Assembly: GCF_036321535.1 (NCBI RefSeq)
Contig: NC_087437.1
Span: 38,256,001 to 38,320,000 of the forward strand
Length of the DNA stretch: 64,000 bases
Reading direction: 5' to 3'
Origin: Camelus dromedarius
Taxonomy: Eukaryota
The notes beneath the pieces were generated by a model that had not been told where the DNA came from, searched no databases, and saw only the letters and a list, made by a program, of their open reading frames with translations. Below are positions 53,041 through 64,000 of this stretch, one piece after another (positions within the stretch are counted from its first letter, which is position 1; each line of letters opens with the position of its first letter). The position numbers were made by a program, and so were the translations under genes.

Positions 53041-54559
53041 AAAAGCAAGCCAATTATATACAACCAACTCTTACCTTAAATGTGAGATTGGGAATCCACC
53101 GCAGGGGAAGAAATGGCTTAGCTAGACCTCTGTACTTCACAGAACCCCTAGTCATAAGCCTTAAACAACTGAGAAAATGATTCAGCCACAGTCCTAGAAA
53201 TTATCCAAACATCTGGGAACACAGACATTTTTTTTTTCTTTAGATTTGTGCAGACTGAACAATATTATGTGATAATAATTTTGTTAGTAAGAGTAATAAT
53301 ACTACATGCAATTGAGAATATAATGTATGGTGCTCCATGAACAGCTAAAATCTGTACATGACAATGCATTTAATAAGAAAAGAATCCTACAAGATTGTTA
53401 CTGATTTCACAGACATATTTTATATTTCACTACATAGAATTTACATAATTTTTAGTAAGCAAATGTTCTCAGTATCATCTTAGTAAAAAAAAAAAAATAC
53501 AGGCACTGCCATTCTTTTCATTTTTAAATAGAACCTAGTGCTACAATGACTTTATCAAAACTAACCCACTGTTCTGAGAGATTCTCTCTCTCTCTCTTTT
53601 GTTTAAAGTAGACCTCAGTTATGTTCTTTGTTCCATATATTTAAACAAACATTCATCAGCACATTATAAAATCAGCCTAAGTTACTATTCCAGATATTAA
53701 TAATTCCTAATAATTTATACTGTGAAAAGTCACTGATCCCATCTAGATAATCGGCATGCAAAATGTTATAAAATATGTTTGACTGTAATTTAACATAGAG
53801 ATACAGATTCACATCTTCTACTAGAGCTGCTGTCAGTGGGAGTGATTATGAAAGAAAGAGACATGAAGTGAAACAGGAACAGATCTGGCACACACAATGA
53901 TTCATGACATGACTCAAAAGTAGAACCTTATAAATCACTCCCTTTCCTTCTAAAAATAAGTGTTAGCAGATTTTTATTGATGCCATTCAAAGTTCTCCAC
54001 GTGACAACATCATTATCTAAACTTAGAAGCACTATTCACAGGTGAAGCAGGGGAAACTGCAAAATACCTTTGGCTGTATTTGGTTGAACATTCCCCAACT
54101 GAATGCTTATTTTAGATCATTTGAATCTTGTGGAGCCATAATGTCTTTAGAATTTCATAAACTGGAAAAATGGGGCCCTTAAGGACATTGCTGAGCTCCC
54201 CAACTAAAATATCCCTTTAATCAACATTCTTGGGGCACTTCTAATTTCAGTGTTAAGGTCACTTATGAAAGCATTTAGATTTTTTCTTGTTGGTGATGTG
54301 TCCCTGACTTTTCCACTAGTATTGCTCATAGATTCACAGAATAAGCTTTTTATACAAATCTATAGTTTAAATCCTTTATACAAATCTATGGTTTAAATCC
54401 TGTTTTCAGATATTTTCAAAAGAAAAAAATCGTGTATCACACTTAGATAAAATGTATATGAATTTATAATATCGGTTCATCTAAAAGCATGTGTGTCTAT
54501 GGTTAAAACTAAATGTATAATCTTCACCTCTCTGATTGACAAGGGAACTTTTAAAACTC

Positions 54560-54933
54560 TTATAACACACTTCCCTGTTATCCATATTGGTGTAAATTCA
54601 AAAGAGCACCTACCATTCCTAATACATATGTGTCAATGTCATCTCTATGATCAAAGAGGATGTTCCTGTGGTGCCCATTTCTTCTGAGAGCAAGGAGGGG
54701 AAGGAGAGAGGAAGGTAACTAATGATGTTTTCACAGAAAACAGAAGTTACACGCCTCACTTTTGTTCAGTTCCATTAGCCTGAATTTAACCACATGGTTA
54801 CCCGTAGCTGCAAGGGAGGTTAGAGGATGTCATCACCATCTTGAAAATGTGTCCTGCTAAAAATCAAACTGAAAAGAAAGAGAGGAAGGAAAAGAGAATG
54901 AATATGTGAAAATACTAAGAAATCTCCCATACA
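54560..54933 (-). mobile_element. ERVL-MaLR LTR, MLT1J/K-like
   Basis: ttccattagcc..cacatgg..tagctgcaagggagg..gagaatgaatat. Confidence 0.65.
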
Positions 54934-55869
54934 TTCTACATATGCTGACAATAGGTTATACTAATGTTTAAATCCTATTTAAAAATAATCATATTCATAG
55001 CCCTATGTGGACATTTATTTTACACTTTACTGAAATACATTAAATTACTAGGTAAAACTGTAAACTCTCATAATTTTATAAACAAATAAATCTATTTTAA
55101 AGAAGTTTTGAATTAAATTGGGAACTACATATTCTTCAACTCTTTGACAAAAATATATGCTAATCAGTATATTCTTTTAAAATATTTATTTGTAGTCACC
55201 TGTTCTGTTAGGTCTCTGCATGATGGTAAAGTCATTGAAGAAAGGAAATCTTTCTAACACATTTTCCTACAATTTCAATTTAAATTTCATACAACAATGG
55301 AATTTAATTCTTTTGGGGTACTATCCGGAGGAATAAAGGGAATAAATGTGAAAGTATTTGTTACAGTATCTATTTTTACCACCAGAAAAGCTTACAACCC
55401 AGATCTCATGCATATAATCATAGGAAGACCCCAGTAAATAAAATGCCTTTAGGATGTAGCTTTAAAATTCCCATTGATCATTTGTGTTTGAAGATTCAGT
55501 TTGACATGGAAAACGGACCCAGAAAAAAAATGATCCAAGCTCTTCTTGAGGTTATTCCTGAGAGAAAACATTGCCCATATGAGTGATAGCACTGCATAAG
55601 ACAGGTGGTTTAAGAGCACAATAGCATAAATACAATATTTAAACCTGTGAAAACTTTTAAGATTGTCTCTTAGAATATGTGTGTGGCCACTTTCTGTAAC
55701 TCTATTGGAAGACACAGAAAATATCTATCTGATTGAAATGGATAATGCCCTGAATCTATAGGGACTCACTGGATGGTGCACTTTGCATGTGAGATAGACA
55801 CATGTTTTCCACTTTTCTGCAGACTACCCAGAACAACCGCAGCAATCTAGACTTTAAGTCACATAAAAC

Positions 55870-56035
55870 TGGAGCACAGGGTGGGGAATCAAGAGATAAG
55901 AACTCTGGTTCTCTCTCATTCACTTAGTAATTGTGTAGCCTTGAAAATCACTTCAGCGCTTCAGGTTTAACAAAAACACTGAGTACTTTCGACAAGATTA
56001 TTTCCAAAGGCCATTCCAGCTCTAACAGCCTGTGA
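55870..56035 (+). mobile_element. MIR/MIR3 fragment
   Basis: tgtgtagccttgaaaatcactt..ccattccagctctaaca. Confidence 0.55.
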
Positions 56036-56263
56036 TGAGGACCGTCTATGTCAGCGCCACAATCCAGCGTTTCTCTCTTGCCAAAATCCTTTGCTGCCTC
56101 CATTTTTCCTACCTCCTCTTTCAGGGGGTTTCTTTGGGACTTTTATTTTGTGAACCAGAGGAAAAATACACTGCCTTTTTCTACCAATGGATTTTACCAA
56201 ACAAGGGATACAACTAATCACATCTTCTTTGTATAAGAATAGCGAATTTTTCATAGGAATGTA

Positions 56264-56496
56264 TTTTTTTTTAATTAAAATATAGTCAGTTTACAATGTT
56301 GTGTCGATTTCTGGTGTACAGCATAACGTTTCAGTCATACATACACATACATATATTCCTTTTCATATTCTTTCTCATTATAGGTTACTGCAAGATATTG
56401 AATATAGTTCCTTGTGCTCTACAGTAGAAACTTGTTGTTTATCTATTTTATATATAGTAGTTAGTAAATGCAAATCTTGAATTCCCAATTCATCCC
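56264..56496 (-). mobile_element. Young 5'-truncated L1 3' end
   Basis: Poly-T + atatagtcagtttacaatgttgtg..cattataggttactgcaagatattgaatatagttcc, homologous to 20330-20530. Confidence 0.88.
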
Positions 56497-57964
56497 AGAA
56501 AGCAGATGGGAATATGTGACAAATCATTGCTTTCTTCTCTGTTCAATAGGTTGTCTTTAAAAAAAAAATCAACGGCATCTTTATGACCCTAGTTAATACT
56601 TATTTTACTGTGCTATTCTTCACTTTGGCTCCTTTTTGTATGTTAGTTTTGTTTATGTTAAGATTGGACTATATTTTACTAAAATAAGGACAGAGTGTTC
56701 AAAATAATTATACTCCTTCATAAAATGTTTACTCAGAAGAAACATTGGTTAATCAATGGAATATCACATGTAGACTGACTTTTAAACTTTGCATCACATG
56801 CAAGTACCATTGTAATTGCCAGCTTTGGGCTGTCTGTGGGATTGCCCCATCCACCCAGCGCTCACTTTCTTTGTATCTCTTAGCTGCAGAGAGGCCAGCC
56901 AAGCCCTTTCCCCTCACCAGCTGGCAGGTGAGTGTATGTGAGATTGCCCCATGCTATTACTGCGCTGTGCCTGCTCAACCCAAAATACTACCTTTCTTTC
57001 CCAGCCTTTCTTCCCGATACTCTGATGTTACCTCTAAAGCTGTGATATTTAAAAACAAATCCTCATTTCCTTTTAATGTAGCAAAATCCTACATAAAACA
57101 AAAATGTCCTTTTCTCAAGTGCTACTATTATACTAAAATAATTTAATATATAATTAAAGCAAAGACAGTTACAAATGACTGATTTTATTCTAGAGTGTCT
57201 TTCTTTTGAAAATAGATACATTAAAATAATTGTTGTGAGAGAAGAGTGGCAGGCTGCCCAGTAGTTCCTAGAGTTGACATTTACTCCTACTTTTGAAATG
57301 CTATGTATCATTAAATTGAATATTTGTATTACATTTTTTCATATTAAGTTTTATAAGAATTCTATAGAGTCACAGACTTTGAATTTTTGGGAGGAGAGCT
57401 AGGTTATATTTTCCAATTTCAAATTCTAAACTTTTATTTTACACTTGAAGGTTGCTAATTTAATAATAAACTTAAACAATTGTATTTAGTCCCAACAGGA
57501 AGATTTTCTGTGCTGACTGTCCACATCAGGCAGTTTTTGGATATAGTCTTCCCCTTGAAGGGAGAAATGACCAAGAGAGAGATGCCACTCTTCAGCTGAG
57601 GGAAATTCCTGGAAAGCTCAATAGAGCTATAGGCGCTTGGCCTGGAGTACCCTCGCGTCTGCAGGAATATGTCCGGGTAATGACTGAAGGAGAATCTAGA
57701 GGCTGGATCACAGCATCAGCGACAGTCCACTTTGCACTGTCTGGAAATGTTTTTTTAATAAAAACTAGAAGCAGCAACTATAGGATTCTGACTTTTTTCC
57801 CTGGGGTAATTTGTAAGTGGGAATTTAGGAGGACCAACGACAGCATCTGTCATTATAGCTGATCTTGAGGATAGAATCAATAGTAGACTTTTTCTCACTT
57901 TATTTTACTATCCATTTTAGATTCCCCTCTGGGAATCTCTCTTACCAAAAATTTGAATTAGCAT

Positions 57965-58205
57965 CTCTGGGGTCTGGGTGGCTTATTTAGAGCAATAAAC
58001 TCAAACTCTCATCGCTGAGGGGTGTTCGCCATTGGCTACCACACCATTCTTAAGCCATGGCTGCTGAACTTGTATATTTACCATCAAAATCAGGCAAAGG
58101 GGTATTAAGAGGTGCCCAAGTGGTCACCTAGAAGAAAACTGATTCCTGCCCCACCCCACCCCCAGCCATTTCACAACAGCAACTATACCTCTTGATTATC
58201 AGGCA
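57965..58205 (-). mobile_element. ERVL/MaLR internal fragment
   Basis: agccatggctgctg..tttaccatcaaaat..aagaggtgcccaagtgg..cagcaac..ctcttgattatcagg resembles reverse MLT-int/ERVL-int 3' sequence. Confidence 0.6.
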
Positions 58206-58409
58206 CCTGGTTTTAAAAGGCTCAGATATAAATTTCAGCAACATTTCTGATTTGACTCAAGTGTTGTGATTTCTCAACAAAGCCACTTAGTACAGTTAAG
58301 GGAAAAATGAATATATCCAGATTTCATTTCTGCTAGATACTAAACTAGAAAACTAATCTGAAGTAATGAAACTAGCACCAAAACTAAAATTAGTGCTTTT
58401 AAATACACA

Positions 58410-58946
58410 TGTAGGAGAGCAGAATTTGCCATGGCAAAATATCTTTCTTTGGCATATTAATTATTTTAAGCTCTTTACTCTCTAAGAAACAGAAGATGTG
58501 GGAGAAACTCTGCAAATCAAATGGAATTATCCTTTTGTAAGAATCCTTAACATTTATGAGGGGAAATCACCATTTGCAAGGGTGTATTCCTTTCTGTAAC
58601 AGGAAGAGGAGAATGACCAAATCTCTAGAAACTCTTATCAATGGAGAAGGCAGTGAATTAAATCTACATAACTACCTTAACCTTTTTTACTGTGCTTTTC
58701 CTGGTAACCTCCCATAACTGACTCTCTCCACCCTAACCATCTCTTTTGTCTTTGGCTGAGGATGGTATTTAGAGTGAGGTCTTCAGCCATCTTGGTGAGT
58801 TACTCAGTTTTCCTGGATCTCCCCCATGTATACAGGCTATTAAACTTGTGTGTGATTGTCCCTTGTTAACCTGTCTTATGTCAATTAACTCAGACCAGCC
58901 AGAAGAACCTAAAAGGGTAGAGGAAAATTTCTTCCTCCCCGATACA
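58410..58946 (+). mobile_element. MER34A-type ERV1 solo LTR, full length
   Basis: tgtagg..gaatttgcca..ctttggcata; ctcttatcaatggagaaggca; attaaa poly-A signal; agaacctaaaagggtagaggaaaatt..ctccccgataca; flanks caca/caga form an imperfect 4-bp TSD. Confidence 0.85.
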
Positions 58947-59504
58947 CAGAAACAGGAGGTGATTGTTAACGAGGCAGTAAGAGTGTGAAAGGTGTTGGCG
59001 CAGATTAAAAAAAAAAAAAAAAAAAAAGAGGGTAAGGAGCAGGAGGTGGAAAGAGAAATGTCAGATAGCAGAAGAGCCCTCAGTAAGAATGAAAACTGAC
59101 TACTGGATGAAATGGAAATGCAAATATATTTATTCATCTGATACATTGTTTTAGGCATTTGGCAATGATTGTTTTCATTTGTGCCTAGAAAGACATAGTT
59201 TGAGTATCAGACTATGACTAATTTCCCCATGTTCTATGATCAAAGCTATTATCTGGAAAATTTGCAGATGTTTTGTGTTTTGCCTCCTCAGTGTTAACTG
59301 CCTAGTGTTTAGTGTTCTGAATCCTCATAAGGCAGAGTAGTTCAGCAAGCATTTTGATGTTCTGTCTAGCCATCTAGCAAAATTCACTAGTTTTCTAGTG
59401 TATAATTCCACAAATGGACAGTAGGTATAGCTCTAACATCATGGGCAGGATAGAAAATGAAATCTTGTGTTCTAAAAGAGGTAAAAGAAAATTCTCCATT
59501 ACAT

Positions 59505-59612
59505 TGTATATGCCCAGGTGTGGGACCGCTGCATTATATGGTAGTTCTATTTTTAATTTTTCAAGGAACCTCCAAACTGTTTTCCATAGTGGCTGCACCA
59601 ACTTACATTCTC
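59505..59612 (-). mobile_element. Short L1 ORF2 3' fragment
   Basis: ORF track gives [21 protein letters not shown], an L1 ORF2 C-terminal peptide. Confidence 0.85.
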
Positions 59613-62600
59613 ATTTTCTGCTTTGTGGGCTAAAAACTCAACTATTCTACAAATAATCTTATCCTTTTTCAGAGTAGCAATCTCAGATATTTTCTGAAGA
59701 GCCATCTGCTGCAATTTGGTGATCACATTTTTGTAGATGACATCCTTGTTGTCATATATGATACACTCGAATGCAGATACATTTATGCTGGTTGAGTAGT
59801 AAACACACTAAGGTATGGATGTCAAAGAAGAGCTTCTTCTTCCCAGAAGTGACAGGTCTCCTTTTGTGCTCTAGTGCAGCAACTGACAGAGCAGTTAGCT
59901 CTCTTGGAAGAAGCAAGAGCTACAGCTGCCCCTGCCACCACCAGGAACAGGAAGCTGCATAGTCAGCACCAGGCAGGGCTCGCTGGATTTAGGTCACCAC
60001 TTGCCGCTTTTCTAGGGGCACTTACTAGGTATCCCTGCCTACCTAGAGGGCTCCTAGTCTGCGAGTCTTAACTGACTTTTGGGTCCGGTAATGCAGATCT
60101 AATTGATGGTGTGATATTACTAAAAGCCTGATTGATTGGATATTTAGACAATAGGAAGCAAGTCAGCCTCTCACGGAGTTTGGTTCTAAACTGGAACTTA
60201 GCATTTGCCCAGAAGATAAAAGGTCAAGGTACTTTTTTGTTTTGTTTTGCAATAAAACGTATCATGACATGTTTGTATAGTATAACTGAGGGGGAAAATC
60301 AATGATTCATTAAAGAAAGGAGATACTTTCAAGAGCCAAATCTCTGAGTACATCAGAGATCTGGGATCCAGGTCAGGACTGGAGGAGCTGGACTTGGGAA
60401 TACGCAAGGTCAGTTTACTCATTGTAAAAGAGATATAGGCAAGGCAGAGAATAAGGGTTCCAAAGTAGTTTTATTATTATTATTTTTAATCCTGAATTTT
60501 TGTTTTTTGTTGCTGATTCTCAAGTGTCTAACAGTTCTTAGATTTGTGTTCAAATTAGCAGGAGGTGACTATATAAATTGCAACAGGTATTTTAAGTGTA
60601 TTTCATTGGTGGGAAAGGCTGCTTGCTAGCTATCTAGGGGTGTGGGTGGAATGTCTGACCAGAGCCCTCACTGGCTAGGACCCTGGCAGAGAGCAAGCAG
60701 TCTGCCTCTCCACCTGCCTTTACAGTATGAAAGGGACAGTGCACCGCACTCATCTTGGGCAAATTTCCCTTTGGATATTGTACGCTCAGTTTCTGTTTTG
60801 GCCACATCTATTACTTCTCCAAGACAGAAGAAGTGGGGAGAAGGATCCTGACACTCCTGATCTCTCATCAGCTAATTCTTCTCAGGCCAATGTGATGTTA
60901 ACACTGCTGTGTGACGAAACCACTCCACTTTATTCTCAGAATTGAGACTTCCCTCAAAAGCCTTCATCTTGAAAATTTCTTTGTCTAATCGTCAACATTT
61001 AACTTCGTAAATCTGCTTTATACTGTTTTGAATGTAAAGATTGGTTGTAAGTTTTGAGTAGAGACTTAACTTATAAGATTGCTGACTATTTTCTCTTTTC
61101 AAATTTTGCAATAGCTTTCTAGTCTTTCATTTTTTTAACCCTTCTTCCTAAATGTATTTCAAAAGTAGTTGCTTTGATTTGTGTTTTGTTTCATGATTCA
61201 TTTCAGATTCACTGAGTCATTTGCTTTGTTTTTCTGTTTGATGAGAGTGAGAGCATGTTATAAGAAGGTTATTGTTGATTTTTGCCTAGACTGTAAGGCA
61301 TAATATAAAAATATCTTCAGTATTTTCATAAATTTCTGCAATTAAAACAAATGTGTTCTGGGTTTTGATTTTTTTAAAAATATATTTTGAAAAGCTTAAT
61401 TGATTCTTTGCATATTTTCTCTTTTTGTGTGTGGAAGAATTTCTAAGAAGATTTTTCCAAATGAAGCAATTCTTCTCCTTCATTCCAAGCAAATGCTAAA
61501 AATGGTAACCGTCCCTAGTGTCAGTGGAAGTTTTGCTGTGTAAACTGCCACATCAGGTCCCGTGGGTGGAATCTGACAGCTGTATAATGCCATACCACAA
61601 ATTTCTTGACAGCTGAGCACAGGAAGAAATTCCATTTGAAGATTTGAATGTTCAGGAGAAATTTAGTTGAGTAGATGGAAATCTCACAAATTGGAACACA
61701 CATAGGCTTTGAAATTATTTTTTGTTCTTTCCTTTGAAAAGTGTCAATGACCATAAATAGGTAAGACCTCAGTTCTACACTGCTATGCTTCTACTGCTCT
61801 GTGGCTCTGTCTCGTCTTCCAGGTTAGTGACTGAAATGATTCGTGGTTTCAGTAACAATTAAAAAATCTTTTGTGGACACAAATCGATTACCTAAGAAAA
61901 TACCTTTCATTTTGTGTGTTAACGCAGATTTTAATACCTTGGAAAGAACACAAAAATAATACATACATTTGAATTAAACCTTCCATGAATGACTCCTTTT
62001 TCAAATGAACTCTTAGAAATGAAACACCCAGTCCTTTCTTTGGCAGTGCTGAAATCAACTACATCGTTCTTTTACTCACTTATTAATTATTAAGTATAAA
62101 CTATTTGCCCATAAATAGTCTAAAAACTAGTAGTCAAACACAATAGATAAGATTTCTGCTCTAGGATTTCAGTTTATTTCAGTCTATTGAAGGGATTAAG
62201 ACATGAAATAATTTTTCAAAATAATATATAACAATTTTATATAAATACAGTGTGCAGGATTCTTAAAAAGCAGATAAACCTAGATTAAAATGGTAGCATT
62301 ACCACATACAAATATGGTAAGTTTACCTATTCATTAATACTATCTTTAAAATAAAAAAAAGACAATGCTTTTTTTGTGCTTAACAAGTAATAAGTATTCA
62401 ATAAATTTTATCTATTATTTTAGCATTAGCATCAGCTATAACTGTCCAGAGTCCTGAATGTGCTATAAGCATGTAAAAAAGGTAACTGTATCTTGGAAAG
62501 CTTCAAAAATTCAGTTTTATTTCCCTGGACTTTAAAAGGCTAATTCAATTTTATAAGTATTCAAGGGTATAGATTTTCTAAAAGTTGAAATAGCCCAAGA

Positions 62601-63957
62601 AAGGTCTTACTGGCTTTTAAGGAATTATATGTATTACATGTGATTGGATCAAAGGGTATCCAGCAATAAGATAGGAAAGTTAGCTTGTATTCAGATAAAT
62701 GAAATAATTTACACAACATGATCATTAATACAGGAAACTTCAGGCTCCCTAACTGGAACAAGGAAGGTCCTGAACTTCTTTCCAGATCTTTAGAGACTAC
62801 TGAAAACACTTATACAATTCTGTTAACTTTCTTAGATTTCTTAGTTAAAAAATATTATTTAAAAAGGAGATTGGGGTTAATAAAAACAAAAATAAAAAGA
62901 ATTAAAGATCCTGAAGGAAAGTAATAAAATTTTGATACTCAAATTGATCAAAAAAAAAAAAAAAAGAAAGAAAAGAAAAAAGACATTCCTACATCTACAG
63001 CTAGGTGAGATAAACAATAGAAAAGAGAAGAAACTTTAGGTAAATGATCAATCCAAAGATTTAGAGGAAAGTGAGTTTCTCATCAATTTTGGGAGGGAAA
63101 GAGTATTATCCAGACCTAAGTTGATGAGGTTTGAAGAAGAAAAGTAAGTTAAGTTTGGCTGTCATTTGGTAAAAAGAAATGGCAGTCTTTCTTTGACATG
63201 TAAATTACTTCTGAAGAGTAACACTCAGCCTCAGGGGACATGGGACAAGGGACATGGGGCAGTTTTGACCTCCACCTTTTAGTACAACCCAAGGCAGCTA
63301 GCTGTTGGTGATGTGCAGTCTCTCAAATGTAAGAAAACTTCTGTTATGCTTTCTTTAATTCACACAGAGTTCTTCCAAACAAAATTAACCATGCCCCTCT
63401 CAAGTTTCTTTGTTCTTGAAAATTTCTGATGAGGTCTCTGTTAGCTCTCAAACTGACCTTGTTTAAATTATGAGTGTAATGTGTGGAGTGGTTCATGGGC
63501 ACAGGAGTTTCATACTGTAATAATTGTATCAAAGGATTTATTATTATGCAGTTTCAGCTAAAGGTATGGTTATTCACACACTCTGAAGCAAGAGTCATTT
63601 TCAGCTACCCTAGGAACGGGTTGTCCTGGTTACGTATCTTTTGCCAGAGGGATGCTAAGCCCTGCCATGCCTTCCCAACCCACCAGGTACTTAACATCGA
63701 CACTGAGCAAAACTTGGCAAGTTCTGGAAATGCACCAGGTGTTCCACAGACCCTTTTAACAATAAGAGATAGTGAAAGCACTCAGAGTTTATAAGGACAG
63801 AACAGCTATCAGATTGAAAAAAATGAGTTTTCTTTCAGCTTCAATTTTTCTTGAAGAAAATATTTTTCTTAAAAGAAACTTGTCTATGTTTGGAAGACCA
63901 CAAACTTGTAGCTTTCTACTATCAGCACTCCAATGTGAGCTTTCATTTTCTTACAAA

Positions 63958-64000
63958 ATTTTTTTTGAAATATAGTTGGTTTGCAATGCTGTTAATTTCT
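63958..64000 (-). mobile_element. L1 3' end running off the window
   Basis: Poly-T + gaaatatagttggtttgcaatgctg, the same tail family as 56264. Confidence 0.65.

Noticed and set aside
56252..56516. Putative TSD for the L1 tail (ataggaatgt / atgggaatat)
   Set aside because: Only 8/10 identical and offset from the L1 end by extra bases; not convincing.
1..64000. CRISPR array, rRNA, CpG-island promoter, multi-exon coding gene, or non-retroviral endogenous viral element
   Set aside because: No regular repeat-spacer structure, no rRNA-like sequence, no CpG island and no recognisable peptides. A small or highly diverged exon could still be missed without a search.

Overview
AT-rich, repeat-dense mammalian non-coding DNA, either intergenic or a long intron. 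A tRNA-Ala-derived SINE resembling camelid vic-1 suggests a camel/alpaca-type genome (inference). I find no credible protein-coding exon, and the ORF track is mostly noise or transposon residue. The main structure is a decayed class I (gammaretrovirus-like, ERV1) provirus on the minus strand at ~18,993-28,540. It retains both LTRs, pol remnants (RT connection, RNase H, integrase) and env remnants (SU CWIC, immunosuppressive domain, CX6CC), and two later L1 insertions interrupt it. The rest is a typical eutherian repeat set: MLT1 MaLR LTRs, a MER34-type solo LTR, L1/L2/MIR fragments, hAT MITEs and microsatellites. A few unique, CpG-retaining, motif-rich patches may be enhancers. Repeat family names come from recalled consensus similarity rather than a database search, and most boundaries are approximate. 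I do not see convincing evidence of a novel functional system.
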